Source: an uncultured bacterium (GTDB lineage: Bacteria; Oederibacteriota; JAAXVQ01; JAUVAV01). Taken from it: a DNA stretch of 64,000 bases. Location of the stretch: contig CAVQBK010000001.1 in the NCBI GenBank assembly GCA_963710755.1, forward strand, positions 192,001-256,000. Reading direction: 5' to 3'. Below the pieces are notes generated by a model that was not told the DNA's origin, made no database searches, and was given only the letters and a program-made list of their open reading frames with translations. Shown one piece after another: positions 9,712 through 21,184 of the stretch (position 1 is the first letter of the stretch; every line of letters begins with the position of its first letter). The position numbers and the translations under genes were made by a program.

Positions 9712-10938
9712 TTGGGAAAGCTTGTGGTTATGAAATTTGGCGGCGCTACCTTGGCCACTGCTGATCTAATGAAAGGCGTAGCCAAGCGTATTGGGGCCAC
9801 CAAAAATGAAGGACATCAGATTGTGGTGGTATTGTCAGCCCCCGGAGATATGACCGATGATCTGATCGATAAAGCCAAAGCTATTACGGCGTCGCCGGAT
9901 GAACGCGAAATGGACATGCTCCTGGCCACGGGAGAGCAGCAATCCATTGCGCTCATGGCCATTGCGCTAAAAGCCTTGGGATATGACGCCATCTCTTTTA
10001 CCGGCCCCCAGGTGGGTATTGTGACGGACGAAGCCTACGGCAAGGCGCGCATTGTAAAAATGGGCGGCGATAAAATAAAAAAAGCGCTCAATCTGGATAA
10101 AGTAGTTATTGTGGCCGGTTTCCAAGGCGAAACCGAAGATGAAGAAATTACAACCCTGGGAAGGGGTGGATCGGATCTAACTGCCGTGGCTTTGGCCGCT
10201 GCCCTTAATTCCGAGGTGTGCGAATTTTATAAAGATGTAGACGGTGTCTTTACGGCTGACCCCCGGATCGTCAAAGATGCGGTTAAACTGGGCCACATTT
10301 CTTATGATGAAATGCTGGAGATGGCCAGCTCGGGGGCGCAAGTTTTGTATAACCGCTCCGTGGAGTTTGCCAAAAAAAATAAAATCACCCTGCATGTGCG
10401 TTCCAGTGTCAAAATGGATCCTGGGACACTGATTACCGAGGAGGTTAAAACTATGGAAGGCTATGTCGTGTCCGGGGTAACTCATACCAAGAAGGAAGCC
10501 AAAATTACCATTCTGGGTGTTCCTGACAAACCGGGCGTGGCCGCTCAAATTTTCAGCCGTATTGCGGAAGAAGCCATTAATATTGACGATATCGTGCAAA
10601 ATATTTCGGAAGAAGGCACCACCAACATTTCCTTCACCATTGGTTTCGGAGAACTGAATAAAGCCAAAACAGTCGTGAGCGCTTTGATAGAGGAGATCGG
10701 TGCCAAATTATCCATTGACGAGCATGTTGGGAAAGTCAGCGTGGTCGGGGTGGGGATGAAAAGCCACACCGGTGTGGCCCGCGATATGTTCCGGGCCTTA
10801 GCTGACAAGAAAATCAACATCCAGATGATCTCCACGTCAGAAATAAAAATTTCCTGCATTTTGGCCGAGCAGGATGTGGAAGAGGCCGTTCGGGCCATCC
10901 ATGATAAATTTAAACTGAGTATAAGGAATGAACCATGA
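9712..10938 (+). CDS. lysC: Aspartate kinase (alpha chain; probable in-frame beta chain from 10453)
   Basis: MKFGG, TTLGRGGSD, DVDGVFTADPR, two ACT domains ending ISTSEIKIS; TTG start after GGAGG. Confidence 0.95.
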   Translation: MGKLVVMKFGGATLATADLMKGVAKRIGATKNEGHQIVVVLSAPGDMTDDLIDKAKAITASPDEREMDMLLATGEQQSIALMAIALKALGYDAISFTGPQVGIVTDEAYGKARIVKMGGDKIKKALNLDKVVIVAGFQGETEDEEITTLGRGGSDLTAVALAAALNSEVCEFYKDVDGVFTADPRIVKDAVKLGHISYDEMLEMASSGAQVLYNRSVEFAKKNKITLHVRSSVKMDPGTLITEEVKTMEGYVVSGVTHTKKEAKITILGVPDKPGVAAQIFSRIAEEAINIDDIVQNISEEGTTNISFTIGFGELNKAKTVVSALIEEIGAKLSIDEHVGKVSVVGVGMKSHTGVARDMFRALADKKINIQMISTSEIKISCILAEQDVEEAVRAIHDKFKLSIRNEP

Positions 10939-11087
10939 GTAAAAAAGAGATGACCCTGTCATCATCAACACCACTGAAATTTTCGGAAGACCGGCTTTTT
11001 GATCGGAAATGGCATTTGAAATTATTGGCCGTCATCTATGGCTTTTTATTTTTAGTGTATTTGGGATTGACCTTGTTTTTGAAATAA
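10935..11087 (+). CDS. Small 50-aa single-pass membrane protein (below the ORF-track cutoff)
   Basis: ATGA overlap with the lysC stop; AAGGA SD; MSKKEMTLSSSTPLKFSEDRLFDRKWHLKLLAVIYGFLFLVYLGLTLFLK has a C-terminal hydrophobic helix. Confidence 0.55.
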   Translation: MSKKEMTLSSSTPLKFSEDRLFDRKWHLKLLAVIYGFLFLVYLGLTLFLK

Positions 11088-11214
11088 AAAACGGACGACA
11101 AAAATTTGGTGCAGGCTTATTTCGGGAAACCCGATAAGGGTGTTTTTGAAAAAGGGACCTGGTTTATCACATCTCAGAAGACGAAGCCGGACCTTCCGGC
11201 AAGGAGCAGGGAAG

Positions 11215-11532
11215 ATGATTGACATCAATGATCATAATTTTGAGAGTCGGGTTCTTAGAGCGACCCTCCCCGTGGTGGTCGATTTTTGGGCTGATTGGTG
11301 TGGACCCTGCCGTATGCTCGCACCCGTGGTGGAAGCTGCTGAAAAGGAATTTGCCGGCAAGGTGAAATTTGTAAAATTGGATGTGGATTCCAATCCCAAT
11401 ACAGCCGGCCGCTTTGCCATTCGCAGTATACCATCACTATTGATATTTAATCAGGGCAAGGTGGCGGATCAGATCGTGGGCGTCACGACACTGGATAAAC
11501 TTAAAAAAATCATCGAATCCACATTGAGGTAA
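11215..11532 (+). CDS. trxA: Thioredoxin
   Basis: DFWADWCGPC active site, IRSIPSL; ATG 11215 after AAGGAG preferred to 11140. Confidence 0.96.
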   Translation: MIDINDHNFESRVLRATLPVVVDFWADWCGPCRMLAPVVEAAEKEFAGKVKFVKLDVDSNPNTAGRFAIRSIPSLLIFNQGKVADQIVGVTTLDKLKKIIESTLR

Positions 11533-11538
11533 ACAGGT

Positions 11539-12471
11539 ATGGACGAAGAATTGGACATCGCTATTATAGGGGGCGGCCCGGCAGGCCTGACCGCCGGATT
11601 ATATGCTATCCGAACAGGCCGGAAAGTTAAATTATATGAACAACTTTCACCGGGTGGACAAGCGGCCACTACATGGCAGGTGGATAATTATCCTGGATTG
11701 CCTCATATTAACGGCGCCGAGTTGATGATGAAAATGGAAGCGCAGGCGAAGGAATTGGGACTGGCGGTGGAGTTAAAACAAATCAACAGCATTGAAGCCG
11801 GCCCTCCCCACCGTCTACACATGCAAGACGGTGTTGTCAGGTCAAAAACGGTTATTGTGGCCACTGGCGCCAAACCAAAATTGTTGGATATCCCCGGAGA
11901 AAAGGAATACCGAGGCCGGGGTGTGTCTTATTGTGCTACCTGCGATGGGGCTTTTTTTAGAAATGTGCCAGTGTTGGTTGTGGGAGGTGGCAACACAGCT
12001 TTGGAAGAAGCGGATTTTTTAACACGATTTGCATCCAAGGTGTACTTGGTCCATCGTCGTGACCAGTTCCGAGCCGATCAAATTATCCAGGACCATGTCC
12101 TTAAAAATCCGAAATTGGAGATCATGACGCCGTATGTTCTTGAGGAAATCAATGGCAATGCGCAAGGGGTGAAGTTGGTCAATTTAAGTTACCGTGGCAC
12201 CAGGGAGTGTAAGCAATTGGAAGTTCAGGGCGTTTTTATTTTTGTGGGCTTAACTCCGCAGACCGATCCCTTTAAGACTGCGCTTGAGTGCAACGACGAC
12301 GGGTACATTAAAACCAGCCATGATCTGGCCACTTCTGTTCCCGGTGTATTTGCGGCCGGCGATTGCCGTGACAACACCTTAAAACAAATTGTAGTGGCCG
12401 CCGGCGAGGGCGCCACGGCCGCCATGATGGCAGATCGTTATATTCAAATCGATCAAGCCCTGAAAGGGTGA
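11539..12471 (+). CDS. trxB: Thioredoxin-disulfide reductase
   Basis: GGGPAGL, GVSYCATCDG, GGGNTALEEA, HRRD, GVFAAGD. Confidence 0.96.
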   Translation: MDEELDIAIIGGGPAGLTAGLYAIRTGRKVKLYEQLSPGGQAATTWQVDNYPGLPHINGAELMMKMEAQAKELGLAVELKQINSIEAGPPHRLHMQDGVVRSKTVIVATGAKPKLLDIPGEKEYRGRGVSYCATCDGAFFRNVPVLVVGGGNTALEEADFLTRFASKVYLVHRRDQFRADQIIQDHVLKNPKLEIMTPYVLEEINGNAQGVKLVNLSYRGTRECKQLEVQGVFIFVGLTPQTDPFKTALECNDDGYIKTSHDLATSVPGVFAAGDCRDNTLKQIVVAAGEGATAAMMADRYIQIDQALKG

Positions 12472-12791
12472 GACTGGAGATTGACGGCCAGGGTGTCTTC
12501 CGGCTTGGTCGATTAGACGACGGTTACATTTTTGATAAATCCTGTTAGTCCGATGAACTTGGTGAACAGTTTTATCTAATTGGTTTCTGTTGGCGAAAGT
12601 TGTTTTTTTATATAGGCCTGTGCGTAGGGGGAGCATGCCGTGACCCTGCAAAAAATCCTGCCTGGATAATACCGGAGCCATCTCTTTCTTTACTTACCAC
12701 CCTGCGATATGCTATCATCCTTCCTTGGTAAAATAGGCAAAAACCTATTTTATAAAACAGATGGCCGTCATTGCAGTTTTAGGAGTAGACC

Positions 12792-15431
<2,640 letters not shown>

Positions 15432-15663
15432 ACCGGCAGAGCCGGAAATAAATACTGTTTCTCAAGCATACTCTACGGGCACCAACAGCCGTAAAGGGTG
15501 CAAAGTTTAATATATAAATAATGTTTGTCCTTCTTTTTGATCTTCTTCAATTGTAGGGTCCTCAAAATTTCGAGACCATACCCACACATGGGGCAGAGGT
15601 TAAGACTATTGTAAGACAGGAATGGAGCCGATAGCGTCAGGCTGCATTTCATTACATAAAAAC

Positions 15664-15692
15664 TTGACATTATAAAAAGCTTTTGATACTAT
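15664..15692 (+). promoter_or_regulatory. Sigma70-type promoter for the tRNA/rpsP operon
   Basis: TTGACA (15664-15669), 17-nt spacer, TACTAT (15687-15692) with extended -10 TG. Confidence 0.8.
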
Positions 15693-15737
15693 GCTGCTCT
15701 CTTGTGCCGTTATTACAGTGTTATGCAGGAAAACTGC

Positions 15738-15813
<76 letters not shown>

Positions 15814-15862
15814 TGTATGTCCATATCGTTATCAGGCGTCACGGCCCTGGTAATGATTACAG

Positions 15863-15938
15863 GCCGGTGTAGCTCAGTTGGTAGAGCAACGGTTTCGTAA
15901 ACCGTGGGTCACCAGTTCGAGTCTGGTCATCGGCTCCA
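15863..15938 (+). tRNA. tRNA-Thr (CGT)
   Basis: 76-nt cloverleaf: GCCGGTG/CATCGGC acceptor stem, ACGGT-TTCGTAA-ACCGT anticodon arm, TTCGAGT T-loop, encoded CCA. Confidence 0.97.
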
Positions 15939-15983
15939 CAATTTAAAGATTATAATGTCAAGAGATAAAGGGGAGTTAAGACT

Positions 15984-16253
15984 ATGAGTACGGTAATTAG
16001 ACTGCAACGTAAAGGGACAATTCACCGACCATTCTGGCGGGTGGTAGTGAACGATTCTCGCAATCCTTATAGCTGTGCAGAGCAATTGGGCACCTATGAC
16101 AATACAAAAAAACCGGTAAAGCTCAACTTGGATATTGAACGCGCGGCCCAATGGATTAACCAAGGCGCCTTGCCTTCCGATACAGTCCGGCAGCTGTTCA
16201 AAAAGAACGGTGTTTTTCAGAAAGCTCAAGAAATAAAGAATGTTGGCAAGTAA
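15984..16253 (+). CDS. rpsP: 30S ribosomal protein S16
   Basis: VIRLQRKG..HRPFWRVVV, LGTYD, WINQGALPSDTV; operon context. Confidence 0.95.
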   Translation: MSTVIRLQRKGTIHRPFWRVVVNDSRNPYSCAEQLGTYDNTKKPVKLNLDIERAAQWINQGALPSDTVRQLFKKNGVFQKAQEIKNVGK

Positions 16254-16255
16254 AC

Positions 16256-16486
16256 GTGAAACAGCTGGTTGAATTTATCGTAAAATCGCTGGTGGTTAAA
16301 ACGGAGGCCGTTGCTGTCCACGAAAAAAACACGGAAAACGGCTTAGTATTGGAGTTGTCGGTAGACAAGGAAGACCTGGGACGGGTTATTGGACGACAGG
16401 GCAAGACCATCAAAGCCATCCGCCAACTGGTGACCGCTTCGGCCACCAAATCCAAACAAAAAGTAGCTTTAGTTGTGCAGGAATGA
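16256..16486 (+). CDS. khpA: KH-domain RNA-binding protein KhpA
   Basis: EDLGRVIGRQGKTIKAIR (GxxG KH motif); between rpsP and rimM. Confidence 0.93.
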   Translation: MKQLVEFIVKSLVVKTEAVAVHEKNTENGLVLELSVDKEDLGRVIGRQGKTIKAIRQLVTASATKSKQKVALVVQE

Positions 16487-17025
16487 CCAAAAATCATCAC
16501 CATCCGGAACCATCGGATGAGCTTATAAGAATCGGCAAGTTGGGCAAAACCCATGGCCTTGACGGCGCACTCCGGCTTTATTCCCTAAGTGATGTGCCCA
16601 ACCGTTTCGAACGCTTGCAGGAAGTTTTATGGGTATCCCCCAAAGGTGATCGGAAACGCTTGAGGGTTGTGGATATACGGCCTGCAGAGCGTTTTTTTTT
16701 GGTGCGTTTTCAAGACTTTGATACCCCGGAAAAAGCCCGGAACTTAATCAATGGGCATTTGGCGGTTCCTAAAAGCGAGCGGGGGACCTTGCCTCCGGGA
16801 AGGTATTTTATCGACGATATCATTGGGATACAGGTAGTGGATGATCAAGGTCAGTTGCTGGGCAAGGTCACCGAGGTCTGGCAACCAGGACCACATGATA
16901 TATTCGAAATCCACGGTCCCTTGGGCGAACTGATGGTGCCGGTCATTGATGAGGCCATTCGCTCTATCGATGTGGCTCAGAAGCGCATGATCATCAAGAA
17001 GCACGGTCCTTATGACCATGCCTAA
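16483..17025 (+). CDS. rimM: Ribosome maturation factor RimM
   Basis: IGKLGKTHGLDG, YFIDDIIG, PRC-barrel C-terminus; operon context. Confidence 0.94.
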   Translation: MTKNHHHPEPSDELIRIGKLGKTHGLDGALRLYSLSDVPNRFERLQEVLWVSPKGDRKRLRVVDIRPAERFFLVRFQDFDTPEKARNLINGHLAVPKSERGTLPPGRYFIDDIIGIQVVDDQGQLLGKVTEVWQPGPHDIFEIHGPLGELMVPVIDEAIRSIDVAQKRMIIKKHGPYDHA

Positions 17026-17803
17026 ACCAAAACCGCTCCAAGTATCAGTGTTGACGCTGTTTCCCGAGCTGATTGAACCAAATTTAAAAGCTTCCATTCT
17101 TAAAAGGGCCCAACAAAAAGGCCTGGTGGAAGTGACGGTCGTTAACATAAGAGATTTTGCCCGAAACAAACACCTGACTGTAGATGACAAACCTTACGGT
17201 GGTGGTGCGGGTATGGTTATGCAAGTTGGTCCCGTGGCCAGAGCCCTCAAGGCCGCACGACGGCAACTGCCGGATGCCAAAGTATACTTACTGTCGCCGA
17301 CAGGCCGGCGTTTTGACCAACCGCAGGCAGGGACCATGGCACGAGCACGGTCCTTTATTTTAGTCTGTGGCCATTATGAGGGTCTGGATCAACGCATTCA
17401 TGACCACTTAGTGGACGGGGAACTTTCCATAGGCGACTATGTGCTTACCGGAGGGGAGCCGGCGGCCATTGTTATTATTGATGCCGTGGCCCGGCTAATA
17501 CCAACGGTGCTGGGAGATGAAACTTCCTCGCAACATGATTCTTTTATGGATGGTCTTCTGGATTACCCTCATTATACTCGTCCGGCCAGCTATGGACACT
17601 GGAGGGTACCGGAGGTGCTTTTAACCGGCCATCACCGTAAGGTTGCCTTGTGGCGCAGGACGGAACAATTAAAAAGAACATTGACCCAACGGCCCGATCT
17701 GTTGGAGAATGTGAAACTCAGCGAATCGGACAGGGATATCCTGGAAGGACTTCGAACCGAGATATCGCAAAGGAAGGGCAAAGGTAGGAGGACGCATGAA
17801 TAA
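17012..17803 (+). CDS. trmD: tRNA (guanine37-N1)-methyltransferase
   Basis: VDDKPYGGGAGM, CGHYEGLDQR, SIGDYVLTGGE, LLDYPHYTRP. Confidence 0.97.
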   Translation: MTMPKPKPLQVSVLTLFPELIEPNLKASILKRAQQKGLVEVTVVNIRDFARNKHLTVDDKPYGGGAGMVMQVGPVARALKAARRQLPDAKVYLLSPTGRRFDQPQAGTMARARSFILVCGHYEGLDQRIHDHLVDGELSIGDYVLTGGEPAAIVIIDAVARLIPTVLGDETSSQHDSFMDGLLDYPHYTRPASYGHWRVPEVLLTGHHRKVALWRRTEQLKRTLTQRPDLLENVKLSESDRDILEGLRTEISQRKGKGRRTHE

Positions 17804-18284
17804 ATCGCAATTGTTGAAAACCGTCGAGCAAGATCATTTTAGAAAAGATCGAATCCCACGCTTTGACGTTGGGGACGTGATTAAAGTCAGTCTCAAAATC
17901 AAAGAAGGTGAAAAGGAACGTCTGCAGGCTTTTGAAGGTGTTGTTATTGCCCGTTCAGGCGCAGCCATCAATGAAATGGTCAAAGTGCGTCGAATCGCCT
18001 CGGGCGTTGGCGTGGAAAGAACCTTATTGATCAATTCGCCGTTGATTCAAGCTATCAAAGTTGTAAAACGGAGTGATGTCAGCCGGGCCAAATTGTATTA
18101 CCTGCGTGGCAAGACTGGTAAACAGGCCAAATTAAAACAAATGGGCCGGGATAAATTATTACAAATTCAAGCTGCTGAAGCAAAAGCCATGGAAGAAGAA
18201 CAGGCTGAATCAGCGCGGCTGGCAGCCACGGAAGCTGCAGCCAAGGCGGCGGAAGAAAAAGCAGGTTCTGAGGCCAAAGCGTGA
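17796..18284 (+). CDS. rplS: 50S ribosomal protein L19 with Ala/Glu/Lys-rich tail
   Basis: EGEKERLQAFEGVVI, GVGVER, RAKLYYLR. Confidence 0.96.
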   Translation: MNKSQLLKTVEQDHFRKDRIPRFDVGDVIKVSLKIKEGEKERLQAFEGVVIARSGAAINEMVKVRRIASGVGVERTLLINSPLIQAIKVVKRSDVSRAKLYYLRGKTGKQAKLKQMGRDKLLQIQAAEAKAMEEEQAESARLAATEAAAKAAEEKAGSEAKA

Positions 18285-18925
18285 ACCAGACGCCTTTTTC
18301 AGCGTCAGCCCCTCCCGCATGTTTGAAATACGAGTATCAGGCCATCCAGGCCGGGCACAAATTTATTGCCGGCCTGGATGAAGCCGGACGCGGACCTTTA
18401 GCCGGTCCGGTAGTGGCCGCCGCGGTCATACTGCCTGATGATCCATCCCCCCTCCTGGGCGTAAGAGACTCCAAACAATTAACAGAATCTAAAAGAAAAA
18501 AACTGTTTATGTTACTCCATGAACATGCCTTGGCTATCGGCATTGGCGTGGTGGATGCCCCGACCATTGATAAAATTAATATTTTACAAGCTACTTTTTT
18601 GGCCATGCAAAAGGCTGTGGCTGCCGTGGCCAAGCCTGTTGATTTTATTCTTGTGGACGGCAATCAACGTCCGCCCTGGATGACCCAAGGCGCAGCCATT
18701 GTCCGTGGGGATGCCCAGTCGCTTTCCATTGGTGCTGCCTCTATAATCGCCAAAGTAACCAGGGACAAAATCATGGAAGATTATGAGCATCATTATCCCG
18801 AGTGGGGATTTGCCCAACATAAAGGGTATGGTACTGCCCAACATTTGGAAGCCATCAGGGATTTTGGTATCTGTGATATTCACCGCAAGAGCTTCGCGCC
18901 TATTGCGCAGAAACGACCCGCCTGA
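18281..18925 (+). CDS. rnhB: Ribonuclease HII
   Basis: GLDEAGRGPLAGPV, DSKQL, AASIIAKVTRD, HKGYGT, HRKSF. Confidence 0.97.
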   Translation: MNQTPFSASAPPACLKYEYQAIQAGHKFIAGLDEAGRGPLAGPVVAAAVILPDDPSPLLGVRDSKQLTESKRKKLFMLLHEHALAIGIGVVDAPTIDKINILQATFLAMQKAVAAVAKPVDFILVDGNQRPPWMTQGAAIVRGDAQSLSIGAASIIAKVTRDKIMEDYEHHYPEWGFAQHKGYGTAQHLEAIRDFGICDIHRKSFAPIAQKRPA

Positions 18926-18926
18926 G

Positions 18927-19291
18927 TTGGAAAACCACAGAGCCCTTGGTCAATCCCAAGAGCTGGCGGCTGTCACTTTTTTAAAAAAAAAGGGTATCAA
19001 ATTCTATTTACCAATTATTATTCTCCTTTTGGTGAAATTGATATCATTGCCAGAAATAGAAAACACCTAACCTTCATTGAAGTCAAATATAGAAAAGACG
19101 ACAGTATAAGTCTGCCACAGGAAGCTGTTGACAAACGCAAACAAAAAAGGATTATTAAAAGTGCCCAACATTTTCTGACCAAATTTTCCTATAGTAACCT
19201 GGATATCAGTTTTGATGTTATTGGCATTACTCCGAATAAAGGCATTTATCATATTCCCAATGCTTTCCGGGCAGACGGATCTACAGTTTAA
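18927..19291 (+). pseudogene. yraN: YraN family (UPF0102) nuclease-like gene split by a -1 frameshift at a T6A9G3 run (pseudogene, recoded gene or assembly error)
   Basis: Frame 0 from TTG 18927: LENHRALGQSQELAAVTFLKKK. The -1 frame from 18992: GYQILFTNYYSPFGEIDIIAR...FIEVKYR...EAVDKRKQKRI...FDVIGI...HIPNAF, stop 19289-19291. Usual position after rnhB. Confidence 0.85.
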
Positions 19292-19414
19292 CTTTGATTT
19301 TTAATGATTAAATGAAGGGTTACGTAACTCCTTTTATTCAATAAACCCCATGTGGCAAGCAGTAGCTTGAACCACAATATAATGGACACTATATGAAGTT
19401 TTTTTAAAAAAGAC

Positions 19415-19444
19415 TTGCACTATATATTGAGGCTGTTCTATAAT
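19415..19444 (+). promoter_or_regulatory. Putative sigma70 promoter of hup
   Basis: TTGCAC, 18-nt spacer, TATAAT; AT-rich UP-like tract upstream. Confidence 0.6.
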
Positions 19445-19497
19445 CCCAATAAAATAAGGTCCAAATGGGGATCAAAAAATGAAGGGGGTCAAAATCA

Positions 19498-19788
19498 GTG
19501 CTCACAAAAAGTGAAATGCTAAACAAATTAGCTGAAGTCACGGGATTAAAGAAAAAAGAAGTTCAGTCGGTTTTAGATGCGCAAAACGACTTGCTTTACA
19601 AAATTCTTAAAAAAGATAAAAAATACAAACTTCAAGGACTCGGGATCTTCACTGTTAAAAAACGCGCTGCCCGTACGGCACGCAATCCCTTAACCGGTGA
19701 AGCGGTTAAAGTTCCTGCCAAAACGGTTGTGAAATTCCGGGTTGGAAAAGACTTAAAGGATAAAGTTTTGGGTCCAGCCAAGAAATAA
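19498..19788 (+). CDS. hup: HU-family DNA-binding protein
   Basis: LTKSEM, GLGIFTVKKRAARTARNPLTGEAVKVPAKTVVKFR. Confidence 0.95.
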   Translation: MLTKSEMLNKLAEVTGLKKKEVQSVLDAQNDLLYKILKKDKKYKLQGLGIFTVKKRAARTARNPLTGEAVKVPAKTVVKFRVGKDLKDKVLGPAKK

Positions 19789-19808
19789 ATAATCAATATT
19801 ATAAGTTT

Positions 19809-19843
19809 AGGGGGATGGGTTTGATGACTCATCCCCTTTTTTT
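19809..19843 (+). terminator. Rho-independent terminator after hup
   Basis: GGGGATGGGT/ACTCATCCCC stem followed by TTTTTTT. Confidence 0.85.
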
Positions 19844-19996
19844 ATGAGATTAATACGATTCCATTCAATCCCGGGATTGATCGGCAATAATAAAATAAAA
19901 TTCCAGTCGTATTAAATTACCGTGTAGCCTCAACCAGTCATAATATCCTAATTAACGGGATTACCTTCGGCAACAATCAATGGGGTAATTTAATGC

Positions 19997-20025
19997 TTGA
20001 CTTATAACCACTCGGATATTATTCT
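19997..20025 (+). promoter_or_regulatory. Putative sigma70 promoter of the ATPase gene
   Basis: TTGACT, 17-nt spacer, TATTCT. Confidence 0.55.
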
Positions 20026-20070
20026 TTTAAGCATAATATATGCCAATCAGGATAATAATAGGAGATCAAC

Positions 20071-21180
20071 GTGACTAGAAACCCATTTAAATTTGGTGAG
20101 CCCGTCACAGGCGATTATTTTGCAGGCCGCTATCGCGAAAGAGAATTAATGATTTCAGAATTAACCCTCGGCCACAATGTCATTGTCTTCGGTCCCTGTC
20201 AGCACGGTAAAACCAGCATCGCCAAAAAAGTTCTTTCTGAAATTGAGAAACGGGGGTTTATGACGCTGTATCTGGATCTGAACCGCAGCTATTCGCCCAT
20301 GCGTTTTGTGGAAATTTATTTAAGCGAACTGCTTCGTTCCGGGTTTCGTCAAACCAAAGATTTACGAGCCTTTATAGAGGGTCTTGATCCAAACTTAAAA
20401 GAACATTTGAAATTGAAAATCGAGGGCAATGATGAATTGATTCTTGATCTTAACGAAGACAGTGATTATGAAACCATCGCCACTACGGTTTTAGAATTAG
20501 GTCAGCAGACAGCTCTCTATAAAATGAAACCATGCATTGTCTGTATTGATGAAATCTCGGAGGGCGGTAATCATTCCGATAAATTTCGGGACTATTTTTT
20601 GGAAGTTGCCAAACGTCATGATAATGTGGGTTATCTCTTTTTAAGTTTGAATCAACCTCAGGATGGTTTAAATAGCAAAAACGGGTTTGTGACCATTACC
20701 CTTGAAACTATTGAAGAACGTTATTTTAAAGGTTACATTAAAACTCGCTTTGAAAATACGGGTTTCAGAATCAACGAGGAAGTGATCGACGAGCTATTGA
20801 CCTTGACCGGAAGCCATCCTCATTTCACCCAAATGATTTGCAGCCGCTTGTGGGATCAGTGGTATGGAGGCAAAGTCATTTCCAGTAAAAGCATAGCGCG
20901 GGCTGTGGAGGAAATCCTGGAAATCAATAGTGAGTACTATACCTCTTTATGGCAGGACCTATCCCTTCATCAAAAAAGCCTGCTCTTGGCCGTGGCTCAA
21001 GGTGGCGGCCAGAAAATTTTCAGCCAGGATTTTGTGGGCCGCTTTGGCTTAGGAAGCTTTTCCACCGTACAAAAATCCCTGCGCCGGCTTTTGGCCAAAC
21101 ATTTACTGGAACGGCGGGGTGACGAGTATATGATTCGCGATATCTTTTTCAGTCAGTGGCTGGCAAAAAATATGTTCTGA
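20071..21180 (+). CDS. AAA+/STAND-like P-loop ATPase with probable C-terminal winged helix
   Basis: NPFKFGEPV...FAGR N-terminus, Walker A GPCQHGKT, Walker B CIVCIDE, T-GSHP motif, D.FF..WL end. Confidence 0.8.
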   Translation: MTRNPFKFGEPVTGDYFAGRYRERELMISELTLGHNVIVFGPCQHGKTSIAKKVLSEIEKRGFMTLYLDLNRSYSPMRFVEIYLSELLRSGFRQTKDLRAFIEGLDPNLKEHLKLKIEGNDELILDLNEDSDYETIATTVLELGQQTALYKMKPCIVCIDEISEGGNHSDKFRDYFLEVAKRHDNVGYLFLSLNQPQDGLNSKNGFVTITLETIEERYFKGYIKTRFENTGFRINEEVIDELLTLTGSHPHFTQMICSRLWDQWYGGKVISSKSIARAVEEILEINSEYYTSLWQDLSLHQKSLLLAVAQGGGQKIFSQDFVGRFGLGSFSTVQKSLRRLLAKHLLERRGDEYMIRDIFFSQWLAKNMF

Positions 21181-21184
21181 GCCG

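Noticed and set aside
15473-15670. 65-aa minus-strand ORF with CPMCG
   Set aside because: Start overlaps the tRNA promoter, no clear SD and no proper second CxxC; at most a decayed remnant.
18150-18284. Ala/Glu/Lys-rich tail on L19
   Set aside because: Such extensions occur in several bacterial lineages; not distinctive.
18783-19070. 95-aa ORF overlapping rnhB
   Set aside because: Out-of-frame rnhB overlap joined to the yraN 5' end and its unshifted tail; explained by the yraN frameshift.
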